Source of the DNA: Octopus vulgaris
Lineage: Eukaryota
Reading direction: 5' to 3'
Length of the DNA stretch: 64,000 bases
Assembly (NCBI GenBank): GCA_951406725.2
Contig: OX597836.1
Location: 36,270,001-36,334,000, forward strand
Made by a program: the position numbers and the translations under genes
Notes under the pieces: generated by a model
The model's input: only the letters and a program-made list of their open reading frames with translations
Databases searched by the model: none
What the model was told of the DNA's origin: nothing
Shown: positions 1-14,358 of the stretch, piece after piece
How the letters are laid out: every line of letters begins with the position of its first letter
How positions within the stretch are numbered: the stretch's first letter is position 1

Positions 1-701
1 AAGAGTGAACCTCATTTTTAATGTATTATTGATACATATTTGCGTATGCGTATGCATATGTATTTCACCTGTGTGTGTTCATGTGTATATATATGAATGT
101 ATGTATGTATAGAGTAATATCTAGATCGACATACAAATTTGGAGAATACAACAGTGTCTGCTTAAATTACTAAAGTTACATTATAACCAATCTTAACTCT
201 CTTATGTGATTTACGAAAACGTTCGTAAATGTTCAATTTTTTAAGTATTTCGCTAAGTGGAATAATAAATCGATAAAATATCAATAATTACTTCTCAATA
301 TATAGAATATATTCACTAATTATATTTAAAACTTAAAATCTTCACTGTTTAACTACCAGAAGAATGAAGATTTAAACTAGTGAATACCCCGCTTCTCTGG
401 AACTTTCATGAAAACTTTAAACTTTCCAGTGCTTTAATTGATTGTGAAAAAACAGAAATTATGCTTACAAAGCTGCTTTTCTGTTCTTCCTAAATGGAAA
501 CAAATCAATATATTTGATAATGTATTCTTTTAAATTTTAGAAAATCCATTCGATCAATATTTTTAAAATAATTGTTGGAAAAAACGAATACTGTAAACAT
601 AATTTAGTAATCAATTGGAATAAACAGCAATGCACATACATACTACCATACATGTATAATATGTAGGTATATGTTTATGTATATACATACACACGTACAT
701 A

Positions 702-738
<37 letters not shown>

Positions 739-742
<4 letters not shown>

Positions 743-870
743 AGAGTTTACGAAAAAGACAAAAGACGAAGACAGGTGGTGTACAAAACAAACAGATGTA
801 TTTGTATAACTCTCTGGAATAGAAAAAGTCTTTTACGTTTCGAGCCTACGCTCTTCTACAGAGAGCATGT
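739..870 (-). mobile_element. Penelope-like terminal remnant with degenerate minimal hammerhead motif
   Basis: Minus strand 830-865 reads ctct-CTGTAGA-A-GAGC-gtag-GCTC-GAAA-CG-TA-aaag (CUGANGA core with one substitution); abuts a (TA)n tract. Confidence 0.55.
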
Positions 871-1003
871 CTATATAGTTTAGGCTGATATATAAAGGCT
901 ATAGTTAGAATCACAGCTGACTACACGGTAATCCATACAAATATATACATGTAAATATGAACGACTTCAATACACAACAGCATATCAATACATATATCCA
1001 GAC

Positions 1004-1161
1004 GTAGGAGTGTCTGTGCAGTAAGCAGCTTGATTACGAACCACATAGTTTCGGGTTCATTCCCACTGCGTGGTACCATGGTCAAGTGTCTTCTACTATA
1101 GCCTCGGGCCGATGAAGCCTTGTGAGTGGATTTGGTAGACGGAAACTGAAAGAACTCCGTC

Positions 1162-1255
<94 letters not shown>

Positions 1256-1431
1256 AGCATGGCTTGACAAAAGATGGTGGTGTGTTTACGTCCCCGTAAC
1301 ATAGCGGTTCGGCAAAAGAGACCGATAGTATAAGTAATAGGCTTACAAAGAATAAGTCCTGGGGTCGATTTGATCAACTAAATGCGGTGCTCCAGCATGG
1401 CCTCAGTCAAATGACTGAAACAAGTAAAGAG
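1004..1431 (+). mobile_element. tRNA-derived SINE, family A (internal (TA)n(TG)n microsatellite)
   Basis: Head ggagtgtctgtgcagtaag...gggttcattccc (A/B-box-like), body shared with about 11 other copies, tail ctgaaacaagtaaagag. Confidence 0.9.
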
Positions 1432-1817
1432 TATATCTACGCGCCGGCGAACGTGTACGTACGTGAGTATATGTAGGTACGGATAGGGTAGGATCAGAAT
1501 GAAAGCGGGTTATATAGAAATCCATGCAAATAGAGAGATGTAATTATGAACAATTCCAGCACACGACTATACACATCCGCGCACACGAGCGACCATACGC
1601 ATCCACGCACACGAGCGTACATGCACGGAAAGTAAGTATTTTGCCAAGGAAAATATACAAAAGAGGAATAAAGCTTTGTTTTATGTAGTCTTTGATATAT
1701 TTCGTCTGGAGACAGAAATGACGGCATAGTTATAGCTTGAAAAACCTTTGATGAAAAATTCTCCTATTCAGCGTTCAGATGAAGCTAAACAACAAGAGCA
1801 ACATCATCTTCATCATC

Positions 1818-1851
<34 letters not shown>

Positions 1852-2062
1852 ACAACAACAACAACAGGAATAGAAGCAAGGCCATCAACAACAACAACAG
1901 CAGCTTACCAAATGTATGCACAAAAGACGTTACATTTCTTAAAGAAATTTCATTAAACAGGATTTGATTCTTGTATTGTTTCCAATAATAACACTCGGTT
2001 GTGTTGCAAGCAACTTGTTTCTGAATTATATTAAGCCATAATATATTATATATATATATATC

Positions 2063-2093
<31 letters not shown>

Positions 2094-2615
2094 GTATATT
2101 ATACAAATAGCTTGAAGCAATCTACTTCGAAATATTGGCTACGAAATACATTTTTCTTTTTTCTCAATAAAACCGTAATGGTGTTTGATACATCAGCGTG
2201 AATATTAGTAGTTTGTGGTTTTGGTGGTTTAATAGTTTTAGTGGGTTTTTTTTTTTTTCATGGTTAACTTTCATTCTGTAAGTGTTTAAAGCGTAAACCA
2301 AACAAATGTTTGTAAATAGAAAACAACAACAGCAAAAACAAACAGAGAAAACGAAGGAGGAATAACTGAGAGTGTGTATGAGAGGTGTGGGAGAAAGTGA
2401 AGACATTAAGTAGTGTGTCAATAGATGTAGATGTATATACAACATTATAGGATTGTTTAGGAATAAATAGCAAATAGTATTCGGAAAATACATTTATACG
2501 ACGAATGATATTGAAAAGTGGGACTACATATGTATGTACACACACACATATATATATATATATATACACACCTATATATGCATATAATATATATATACGT
2601 GTGTATGTATATATA

Positions 2616-2826
2616 TAAAGTTAATCCAAACATGAAGACACAAAGAGAAAACACAACAACACTAGGACGTGGAACAAGTATAGTGTTATTGGACGCTCAG
2701 GAAAGAAGGAAAAAAGGAGGGTTTAACGTTTCGAGCGGAGCTCTTCGTCAGAAACATAGGAAAAGGAAAGATCCACAGAAGGGAAGACGGAGGAAAAAAA
2801 TCGCCAACGGTACACACGCGGTCACA
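2616..2826 (-). mobile_element. Penelope-like terminal repeat with minimal hammerhead ribozyme
   Basis: Minus 2721-2755: gttt-CTGACGA-A-GAGC-tcc-GCTC-GAAA-CG-TT-aaac; closely similar copy at 36118-36318; both adjoin (TA)n. Confidence 0.7.
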
Positions 2827-2915
2827 TTTTGAATACATATATATATATTCACACATGTATTCATATACTTACATATATTTACACATATAGACACCACATA
2901 CGCAAATGCATGCGT

Positions 2916-3104
2916 ATTCTTTTATTCTTTTACTTGTTTCAGTCATTTTACCGCCGCCATGCTGGAGCACCGCCTTTAGTCGAGTCGATCGAGAGCAGGA
3001 CTTATTCTGTACTTATTATATTGGTCTATTTTGTCGAACCGCTAAGTTACAGGGTCATAAGCGCACCAGCGCTGGTTGTCAAGCAATGTTGGGGGACAGA
3101 CAGA

Positions 3105-3189
<85 letters not shown>

Positions 3190-3347
3190 CACGCTTCTTT
3201 CAGGTTTCGTTTTCGAAATCCACTCACAAAGCTTTGGTCGACCGGATGCTGTGGTAAAAGACACTTGCCCAAGGTACCACGCAGTGGAACCGGACCTGGA
3301 ACCATGTGGTTGGCAAGAAAGCTACCACACAGACACGTCTGCGCCTA
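2916..3347 (-). mobile_element. SINE family A
   Basis: Reverse complement of the family A sequence, with internal (CA)n(TA)n. Confidence 0.9.
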
Positions 3348-4399
3348 TGAAAGTATATTTTATGTCAAGGAAAGGAAACGTGTGAAAATGCACTCAATAC
3401 GTTTGTCTATGGTTCATCTATATAACCTGCAGCTTTTATGCCCATGACATAATCCTACACTTATATATAAACACAGAAACACACACACTCTCACAAACAT
3501 ATATACATATTACAATGAAGAGGAGATTTTTTAACACTTCCTTTATACGTACACACACACACACACAACACAAAACTACTTAATACACACAGACACACAC
3601 ACACAAACAAACACCTGAAGAGTAAATAGACAACTTTCATTGTACTGCTTTAGTAGTACGAACACTAATTCTTTTTACTATGCTCACCCGGGATAAATCC
3701 TTAAATGTCTACTAAATAGTAGGCTTTAATGCATGAAATAACATTATTTTGTTTGTTGAAATGAATTTTTCATAATTGATTGTCCATTTACATTTTAGAC
3801 GACTATGTTTATAGACCTATGCATAATAAAAACTCGAACGGTAGTCAGAAGTTTGAGAGATCCTATCGAAGTAGTACTTCATTTTCTATCAAATTTCTAC
3901 TTTTATTAATATTTAAAATCTGTAGACTTCCACGAATGCAGTATACTTGCAAGTATACGTTTACTTATGTTTCTATGAGTGTATTCACATACAAACGCAT
4001 AAATGGACACATATGTATATGTAGGTTGGTGTATATATATATGTGTGTGTGTGTGTGTTTGTGTATTTGCCTGTGTGTGTGTATTTGCCTGTGTGTGTGT
4101 GTATATTTGCCTGTGTGTATGTATATATATTCTACATTGAGAGAAGGACGAGATGGACGCTTCATTTTTATGCTGTGGCCGCATTATGTCGTACGCGAAT
4201 GAGAGGATTTGCATCCCCAACGTAGAATTTTTGATGTAATACATGTCCTTGAGGTAGTAGTTGTGCGCGGCTGAAGAAGGCCATAGACACACATTATACA
4301 TTGTTATAAATCCGTCTAATAAAGGCCCGAAACATATGTACCGCTGAATCATTGGCATCATGTTTTTATTTTGATTAATTATATATATATATATATGTA

Positions 4400-4432
<33 letters not shown>

Positions 4433-4672
4433 AATTATTATTTCATGGAATATAATCTACCAATTATATAAGTTTTTATCATTTTTTTGCAATTTCCTTA
4501 ATCATCGGTATATTATTGTTATTTTACTTTTAATATTTCTATTATATATAATTTTCTAGATGGTGTAATTCAATTGTTCATTTTGAATTGATAAAAGGTG
4601 GTTTTGTCTAATTTTTATATATATATATATATATATATCCATACGTCTATACATGTATATATTTGTATATAT

Positions 4673-4704
<32 letters not shown>

Positions 4705-5618
4705 GCGTTTGTGTGTGTATGTGTTTATTAATCGTGGAACTGGCAAAAGTATCGGTTTTATATTAAGCTTCCATCCCCCAGGCTTATATACAAAGACACT
4801 GACGTTTTCATCTGTCCAGTGAAGTGATACTGTTGTAAGCAACAATTTGAAAATCAAAAATATTATCTTTTCCTTTCTCATAAACTCTTTTAGTCTTGCT
4901 TTGTCAGTCTTCTTACCAAAATGGCCATTTGCTATAATTGTATGTGTTGGACAATCGTATAAAAGACGCGTTTGTTTGTCGATTTTTTTTTCATCTCTTT
5001 AGATAAGCAGATAAGAAAACTGTCTGGTTAAAATTTTGAATAAATAATTTATTATGCTCAAATTCCGACAGTCAAATAAATATTCATCTACAAAGCGTTA
5101 TTTCGTCTAACACATCATATACCATTTCAAGTGAATTATTGCTCTTCAGAGAATCCTTTGACCTTTGCCGCTTTTGCCCTTTTCATCGAAGGTTGTAGAT
5201 CAACTACATTGAACATCTATCTTTCAACAGACATTTCCGTAGAATAAGCACTGTTAAACAGGCGATAGTCGAAAATGTTTGACTAATCATTCGGTCGCTT
5301 TCGAATGGGTATTAAACGAAAATATATACAGATATATGCAAATATCATTTGAAGATGCCTTGTCAATAGAGAAAGAGTTTGTTTTGTAATTTAGAACCAA
5401 CGCTCCTTCATTGGAATTTCAGCAACATCAACAGGGTATTTATTCACGCATCTGTGTATATGTGAAGTATTTGGAGTCAGAGCACGTACCGATTTGTTTG
5501 TTTTTCTTTTTGGGTTTGTGCTCTCATGCATATAGCTGCATGTCTAGGCATGCGCTTATACACTTGTGATATGTATAGACAGAGAAACAGGTAGATAAAT
5601 AGACAGATTTATAACGTA

Positions 5619-5908
5619 TATCACCGTGAGACCTGTGACCGACCAGGCTATCAGATGCTGCTACATATCGCTGGTCACAATGCGCTTCGCATTGTTTTAG
5701 CCTTCAAATGACGCCACCCCGCTGGCTAAGCGACCAGGCCAAACAGAAGAAAGAGTGAGAAAATGTTGTGGCGAAAGAGTACAGCAACGACGCCACCACT
5801 CCCTGCCAGAGCCTTGTGGAGCTTTTTGGTGTTTTCGCTCAATAAACACTCACAACGCCCGGTTTGGGAATCGAACCCGCTATCCTACAACCGCCAGTCC
5901 GCTGCCCT
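5619..5908 (-). mobile_element. tRNA-derived SINE family C, tail type 1 (5' truncated)
   Basis: Shares head/body with 6784-7080 and 53472-53865; tail ...gcgcattgtgaccagcgat...ggtcac also at 28082 and 59649. Confidence 0.85.
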
Positions 5909-6477
5909 TGTTTTATCTTGGCTACCGAGTAATTATCACATATTATTTTTACAGATAAATTCCTCTATTTACATAATATTGAGGTCTCTTTCTTTCTTTT
6001 GTTATCTTACCGTTTTTACCATTATATATATATATACACACATGGATATAGATATATATGTGTGTGTTTTATACTGATTCTACTATTAATGCTGAATATA
6101 ATTTCACAACGCTGTTACTCAGAGTTTTACGTGACCAAATTGGAAACGATTAGTTATGCTTTAATAAAATAATACATATAGACATAATTGTGCGTGTGTG
6201 TGTATTTGTGTGTGCGTGTGTGCGTATATCATTTGATAGTTTATTTAAAGGGTATATTTGTTTCGCCATTAATCAAACTCGATTTACCAAATCACTGATC
6301 AAGTGCAGTCTCCCGTAAATTTTCCGTATTTGCTTTCTGGCGACAACCAACTCTCTATCACAATACGGCTCTTCTCTCTCAGGTAATAAACTCAAGGTTG
6401 TGTCTCCAGATATTTTACGTCTGTTATTTTTCACAGGTCGATTGAATGCACGGTCGTTCCTTCTGTATCTGCGCCGA

Positions 6478-6513
6478 TGACGTCAGACTGGAAATTAATC
6501 CAGGTTGACGTCA
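6478..6513. promoter_or_regulatory. Pair of perfect CRE palindromes (TGACGTCA) in unique sequence
   Basis: TGACGTCA at 6478-6485 and 6506-6513 flanking ctgga-aattaa-tccag; function not demonstrable from sequence. Confidence 0.3.
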
Positions 6514-6783
6514 TTACTGATTGTTTCCGGACAGAGAGTAGACAAAGCCTAATTCTGTTCGATCGTTCACACCCCCGGCTTCTGTAACGTTATAACAAAA
6601 CACAATAATCATGGTCAAAGCGATAGCTCAACTGCTAGAAATATATGGTTACTACAACCTGGCAATATAGAAAAAGAAAGGTTTGGTTGGATCACTTAGA
6701 TATTGATACGCAGTGCCTAAAAGTAAGGCAGGTTGGTCGTTGCTGGATTTTGGTATTGCTTTTCACAATTATATTTTTATGCA

Positions 6784-7080
6784 CCCTTTTCAAGCCTAGC
6801 CAGGCTCATGTGCCCGGTTTCCCGGTTTCTGTGGCGTAGGTGTTCCCCCCAGCTGGACGGGACGCCAGTCCATCGCAGCGTTACCCAAGAAACAGGAAGA
6901 GAGAGGGAGAGAAAGTTGGGCGAAAGAGTACAACATGGGTCGCCACCACCCCCTGCCGGAGCCTCGTGGGGCTTTAGGTATTTTCGCTCAATAAACACTC
7001 ACAATGCCCGGTCTGGGAATCGAAACCGCGATCCTCCGACCGCGAGTCCGCTGCCCCAACCACTGGGCCATTGCGCCTCC
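6784..7080 (-). mobile_element. SINE family C, tail type 2
   Basis: Minus head ggaggcgcaatggcccagtggtt...ggtttcgattccc; tail gctgcgatggactggcgtcccgtccag...gaaaccgg. Confidence 0.9.
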
Positions 7081-7747
7081 GCAGATTAATACTTACTTAC
7101 AAATGAAAGGAAGTGTGTAAGAGTAAACGAAGAATATGTGTCTCTGTATGTACGTGTGTAAGTAAGTGCGTTATTGTGTGTGTGTGTACACCCGCGTGAC
7201 TGCCTATATGTGTGTTTGTATGTTGGAGAGTGTATATTCATTAATCATCGATAACTAAAACACTTCATTTCACATTGCTCTGCGATCAATTGTGGTACAA
7301 AGTGCACCTAAAACAGGCGACGTTAATTAGACGGAAGAAGTGAGTTAATATACAGCAGCAATGTTGGATCATTATAAGCAGTTCCCGTCTGCTACTTCAA
7401 CAACAAGTCGTGGAACCGTCACTCTCTTAATTTAGATAAGTTATTACGCATAAAATTTTAGTTTTTAATAAGTATTCTATTGATCATTACTCGAAAATAT
7501 GAACCGGGTGAATTAATGTAGAACTTTTCGATTCGTATCATTTATCTTGTTTCATTCCTACCCACTATCTACTTCTTAAATTTTTTACTTACTCCCTCAC
7601 TCTCTTTACTAAATCGGTAAGTCACACCTGAGCGTATATACACCTATGCCGTTCATCATCTTATGAAGTATTAGACATAGAGCTGCACAACTATATGTAT
7701 AGACACGTACATACGTACATACATACACACACACACATACATATATA

Positions 7748-7956
7748 TATTTCTTTATTGCCCACAAGGGGCTAAACATAGAGGGGACAAACAAGGACAG
7801 ACAAAGGGATCTAGTCGATTACGTAACTGGTACTTTATTTATCGACCCCGAAGGGATGAAAGCAAAGTCGACCACAGCGGAATTTGAACTCAGAACGTAG
7901 CGACAGACGAAATACTGCTAAGCATTTCGCTAACGTTTCTGCCAGCTCACCGCCTT
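7748..7956 (-). mobile_element. tRNA-related SINE family B
   Basis: Reverse complement of aaggcggtgagctggcagaaacgttag...gagttcaaattcc...ggggtcgat...aaagaaata. Confidence 0.9.
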
Positions 7957-7986
7957 ATATATCTATCAATCAATCAACCAATCGAT

Positions 7987-8097
<111 letters not shown>

Positions 8098-8154
8098 TGT
8101 GACAGTGTCTGTATGTATGAATGTATATATACGCTAGGCGTCTGCACAGTTTCT

Positions 8155-8393
8155 GCAGTCGCCCATGCATACCAGCCCCGCTCTCCGCTCCACCGATTTT
8201 ATCCAAGGGAAAGGCAAAGGCCCGTACAGCTTGGCACCAGTGACGTTGCAATATACATCTACAACTGAATCAACTGGAGTGATGTGAAAACAAAGCACCA
8301 TGCTGAAAAACACAACACACAGCTCGGTGCAGGAATCGAACGCATTACCTCATGATTTTGAGCCCGACGCTCTGACTATGGAGCCATGCACTT
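8155..8393 (-). mobile_element. SINE family D (3' truncated)
   Basis: Similar to 28487-28826 in reverse orientation. Confidence 0.75.
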
Positions 8394-8431
8394 ATACGTG
8401 TAGTTTAAGTCTGGATTCGCTAGGGGATCTT

Positions 8432-8823
8432 ATCTTTTCGATTTGAACGGCAGTTTTTAACATAATTTCTAGGTAACTAAACACTTTTAAACTTCGTACA
8501 CTGGTAGAATGTGTTTATAAAACATCTTTTTCTCTTGGATGTATTGAAAAAATTCTATAGTTTGTAAGATATTTGTTGTTTTTTTTCTTCAATTTCTGCA
8601 ATTTCAACTAATCAATGACGTCTTTTGAGGTAGAAACATTCTTTGCCGTGTGAATATGTCCCCCGTTTAAGAAACACATTGGGTTTACTTACCCCACCCC
8701 TTACCCTAACTAACCCTAACCCTAAAACAGATTGAAATGCAATAGATCGATACTAGGGTTATAATTATGGGTGACAATTTCATATGACACCGCTAGAAAA
8801 ACTGCCGTTCAAACCGAAAAGAC
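8432..8823. mobile_element. MITE with about 27-bp TIRs and internal (CCCTAA)-like repeats
   Basis: tcttttcgatttgaacggcagttttt at the left end versus aaaaactgccgttcaaaccgaaaaga at the right end; ccctaactaaccctaacccta at about 8705-8724. Confidence 0.8.
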
Positions 8824-9469
8824 CCAGCATCTTTATAATCAAAGGCATCGTGAAACCGTGAGCTACCCGATATATTTGCGACAGTCTTGTATTTTAAACT
8901 ACATTACCTAATGCATGCTTCCTTTTAGAAGCGGTTGAGTGCTATATGGAATAACATTCGATTAATATTTCACACAGAGGAATCAGTTATATTGATAACT
9001 CTTCCATGTTCCCCACTGAAAAGAAGAGAAAAAGGTTGTTGGTATACGTGTGTGATATATTATTTTGATTCATATTTATTGGTATATGTGAATATTGCAT
9101 ATCACAGTCTTATAAATGTAGAACATATACAAATATCTGACAGGATATATGAGAAGAAATATATTTTCTACTGTGAACGACCTTAACTTCTTTATCAATT
9201 TATATCATGCTTCTGTGCTCAATGTTTATAGCAAGAATGAAAACATATATGGAAAACATACAAAAATATTTTTCCGGGTTTATTTTCGTACATATGTTTA
9301 TTTAGTTTACAATGTTATTCGGAATGTTCTTCGTATATTATTTTGCACCGGATTGAAAAAGTGGTTGGATTCCCATTTCATATAAATGTCAATTCTGCAG
9401 CTTGAGTGTTCATGCTTGATGAGGTTTAAACGTGTACATACTTATTTTATTTCATTTTATTTTATTATT

Positions 9470-10320
9470 TTTACCCTTTTTCCCTTAACTTTTTCACAGC
9501 CTGAAGCTAATCATTTCTTTCAGCTTGTATATATTTTCAAATGTGTGTAACGGAAGTAATCAGCCAACTGACTAAGTCTTAAGATCAATTGTGAATTACA
9601 AGTTGTTTGTAATCAGGCATCTGGTACATCGTTTTTTCAGAGAGTAATAAAATAGATTTCTCTCTGAAGTAGCAATATTTTGGAAACAGCGTATGTTGAG
9701 TGGAATAATCTAGCTCAGTATAGTATACCTTCAGGGCTACAAAATAACTTGGGTTGACTGCTTGAAAATATTTCAGAATAATCATGAAAACATAATCTGC
9801 CGTACACATTGTGTTGAATAATTTAAACACCGCATCTTCAAACTATCACGAACTACCAGTATTGCCCGGCGTTGCTCGGGTTTGTTTCGACCCTTTAGAA
9901 TTGGAATTTTGGGATAAGTAAAACTTTTGCATTATGTAGCTTATTATTCTCTTTAAGTGAACATTTTTCTGGTGGAAATACACCGACAAATGGCGACAGA
10001 GCAGTCAAAAATTCGTAAAAAATAGGGATTTTCATAGAAAAAAAAAGCACCTTTTTGATGTAAAATAATTTTTGGTCTTAACATGGTCCGATTTGAATTT
10101 TTTCTTCTACGGAAGGAAGAGCAAGCCTTGTTCTATCATACTTTCAATTTTGGTCAACATGCGCCGCAGGGTCTCGGAGGAGATAGTGTTAGTTGAAGGC
10201 TACCAAACCTGCTATACACAGGCAACTTCAGCTTTATATATATATAGATATATTCGGCGTAGAAATGAGCTGATTTGAGTTCGATACAATGGATGAAATG
10301 GTGTTTCAGATTGCTATGCG
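9470..10320 (-). pseudogene. Highly decayed mariner transposase fragment interrupted by a Helitron
   Basis: Minus-frame remnants FIHCIELKSAHFYAEY, LCFHDYS and QHTLFP..IATSERNLF resemble mariner VIHYELL..TINAEYY, LFHHDNA and HPPYSPDIAPSDYHLF, in the expected order. Confidence 0.4.
9853..10248 (-). mobile_element. Non-autonomous Helitron
   Basis: Minus strand starts TC, ends CTGGTAG (CTAG variant), has subterminal hairpin cccgagcaacgccggg, sits between A and T, no TSD. Confidence 0.8.
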
Positions 10321-10499
10321 CTTGCGCATATGCGAGCGCGTGTGCGTGTGCATGTGTAAGCACGTGTGTAAGCACGTTGCAAGCACGTGTGCGAGCGCTT
10401 GTGCAAGCTTGTGTGCGTTTGTTTTGGTTGTGGTTTCTCATCGCTTGATGGTGGTGATTCAGATGTGTTACGAACTGAATAAATTTCCCACACCGCCAT

Positions 10500-10686
10500 T
10501 TGACGAAATGCTTAACGATATTTCGTCGGCCGCTACGTTCTGAGTTCAAATTCCGCCGCGTTCAGCTTTCCCTTTCATCCTCTCGGGGTCGATAAATTAA
10601 GTACCAGTTACGTACTGGGGTCGATCTAATCGACTGGTCCCTTCTCCTAAAATTTTGGGCCTTGTGTCTAGAGTTGAAAAAAAAAT
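10500..10686 (+). mobile_element. SINE family B, 5' truncated, alternative 3' end
   Basis: B core gagttcaaattccgcc...cctttcatcct...ggggtcgat followed by tail cccttctcctaaaattttgggccttgtg. Confidence 0.8.
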
Positions 10687-11460
10687 GTGTATGCGGTCGA
10701 GTATTCCATGGATAAAAATCCCCTGTTACTTAACTATGAAGCTAAAACCAGCGTGACAAGACTGCTTCAATTACAGCTTCAGTCTCCCCGACGCTAAGTT
10801 TTCATCTAACGATTTCATTCGCAAGTTAAGGTTCAGAAGGAGGATATAGACAAATGTTTTCTGTCCGAGATATCCCGATGTGTAAGCGAACCAAAGACCT
10901 CATGTTTCCGAAGCGATCTACTGAAACATTCGTTTATATTGCATCTACATGTGTGTCCGTAAATGAGTGTGTGTGATTATGTTTGCTGTTTGCGTGTGTG
11001 CGCATGTGTGTATGGTTATGTTTTTGTGCGTACGTTTCTGTTTATTTTAATGCTTACTGATGTGAAAAAGTTATTAATTACTATTTCGAAAGACTCAGAT
11101 CATTAAGATAAGTGACAGTCATTAAACAGTCATTAATTTAGAGAATGAAAGTAGTGAAATAATACAGTAATATTATATTCAATACTGTAAAATATCACAA
11201 AGAGTGCGGAGCTAGTCTTTGTGTTCGAATGGCGTATTTCCACGTAGTAACAATATCATCGGAAATGTCACAAGTTGTGACAAAAGATTTCGATAAAGCA
11301 AATAAACTATTGATTTTATTCATTCGATAATTCTCATATCAACTGATTACAAAGCTTAAGTGAAATAAAATCGGTCAGTAATCTATATTGGCTTCACATC
11401 GCTCCCGTCTCAGAATGCTCTTTTGTGAGCCACACAGCGGCGAAGGTGTGGTTGTAGGGT

Positions 11461-12440
<980 letters not shown>

Positions 12441-12599
12441 TGCATGTATTTATGTATTAAGTATGCGTGTATGCATGTATTATGTATGCATATATTTCGC
12501 TTATGCATTACGATACAAATTTTCAGGTGTAGAACTCAATATATGTTTGCTTATGAACGAAGCGTTAGTCGGGTGCAACGATAAATGGCAAAAGAATGA

Positions 12600-12775
12600 C
12601 TGATAAATTATGAACTTCATTACCTTACAGCTGCTTCCAATATAAGATGAAGGAAACTTCATGTTTGAAGCACTGACGAAACCGTAAGTTGTTAGCCAAG
12701 CACCTAACTATAAGTCCAACAAAAATTCTAGTGAAAACAGATGTAAGCTAACGAAATTCATAAGATAATTGGTTA
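12600..12775 (+). mobile_element. Inverted-repeat Penelope-like remnant with decayed hammerhead
   Basis: CTGACGA at 12673 and GAAAACAGATGTA at 12733; left arm attatgaacttcattaccttacagctgcttc is the approximate reverse complement of the right arm gaaaacagatgtaagctaacgaaattcata. Confidence 0.55.
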
Positions 12776-13499
12776 TTCCTTTGTCATCACTTACGATAGA
12801 ATAAGTACTTGGATATAGAAAGAGGTACTGGGTTGGTTGCAGTCGACTAAAAACTTTTATGGTGGTGTCCCAGCATGACCAGAGTTCAGTGACTCAAAAT
12901 AGAAGATAAAAGATATATTAAACTGTATTATTCGTAGCGTTTGCAATCGGATCTAATTAGCAGAACACAAACTCCTGTGAGCTAAGACGATTTCTTCATC
13001 TTCATATCAATATCAGGGTATTAAAATCCCGTTGTTAATATCCTTCCAGTGAAACACCAGCTGTTATAGCAAAATCTAAAACATATAAACAGATGACATT
13101 ATAAACTAACAATGTTTGATAAATAAGCGATTTGTGTAAGAGATTGTCAACAGTGACATTATATACGCTTTTGTAAGTAAAACAGAATTGTTATCGTACA
13201 GAATATAATCTTAAATATATTTTCAGAAACACAGCAGGTAGAAATTATTCTATATAATAAATAATCGATACGAATCGTAAAGCATTCCTGAAATAGAATA
13301 ATTACACATATTTCTATAGCAACAATTTACTGGAATCTATTATATGCAATTAGTTTTGCATACAACGACTGAAGAATCTGAGACCCGTGTTTAAGGAACA
13401 GCATCTGTACTGTTGCGACAGAATGACAAATGAATATTAAGATATTTTTTTTTCGTTTTTTGATCGGTGGGAATGAAACACTACTTATAACAACATCAC

Positions 13500-13940
13500 C
13501 TGTTATTAATTATTATTAATATTAATATTATTATTATTATTAATATTATTATTATTATTATTAATATTATTATTATTATTATTATTAATATTATTGTTAT
13601 TATAATTATTATTATTATTATTAAAATTATTATTGTTGTTATTAGTAATATTAATAGTATTATTATTATAAATAATATTATCATTATTATTATTATAATT
13701 ATAATTATTATTGTTATTATTATTATCATTATTATTATTATTATTATAATTATAATTATGGTTGTTATTATTATTAATATTATTATAATTATAATTGTTG
13801 TTGTTATTATTATTGATATTATTATAATTATAATTATTGTTGTTGTTATTATTATTAATATTATTCTAATTATAATTATTGTTGTTGTTATTATTATTAA
13901 TATTATTATAATTATAATTATTGTTGTTATTATTATTATT
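13500..13940. repeat. Compound (ATT)n/(GTT)n microsatellite
   Basis: Direct inspection. Confidence 0.95.
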
Positions 13941-14358
13941 AAGGTGGTGAGCTGGCAGAATCATTAGCACGCCGAGCGAACTGTTTAACGGTGTTTCGTC
14001 TGCTGATTTCAAGTTTGCCTTTCATCTATTCACGGCCGAAAAAATAAGTAGCCCGTGGTCGGTGTAATCGATTTATCCCCTCACCCAAAATTGCAGTAGC
14101 CTGTGGTCGGTGTAATCGATTCATCCCCTCCCCCAAAATTCCAGAAACCTGGGGTCGGTGTAATCGATCCATTCTCTCCCACAGAATTGCAGCTTTTCTT
14201 CTACTTTACATTCTGAGTTCAGTTTACCTCGCGACCGACTTTGTCTTTCATCCATTCGGATTAGATAAGTTCCCTAGTAATTGAGCACTAGGGTCGATAC
14301 AGTCAACTGAAATCCTCTCCAGCATTTCTGGACTTGCGCCAAAATTTGAAACCAATAA
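13941..14358 (+). mobile_element. Decayed SINE family B copies with an internal triplication
   Basis: B head at 13941; three roughly 48-bp units ggtcggtgtaatcgat...aattgcag at 14053-14190; second B core at about 14205. Confidence 0.75.

Noticed and set aside
8700-8725. Telomere or interstitial telomeric array
   Set aside because: Only about three imperfect units, inside a MITE
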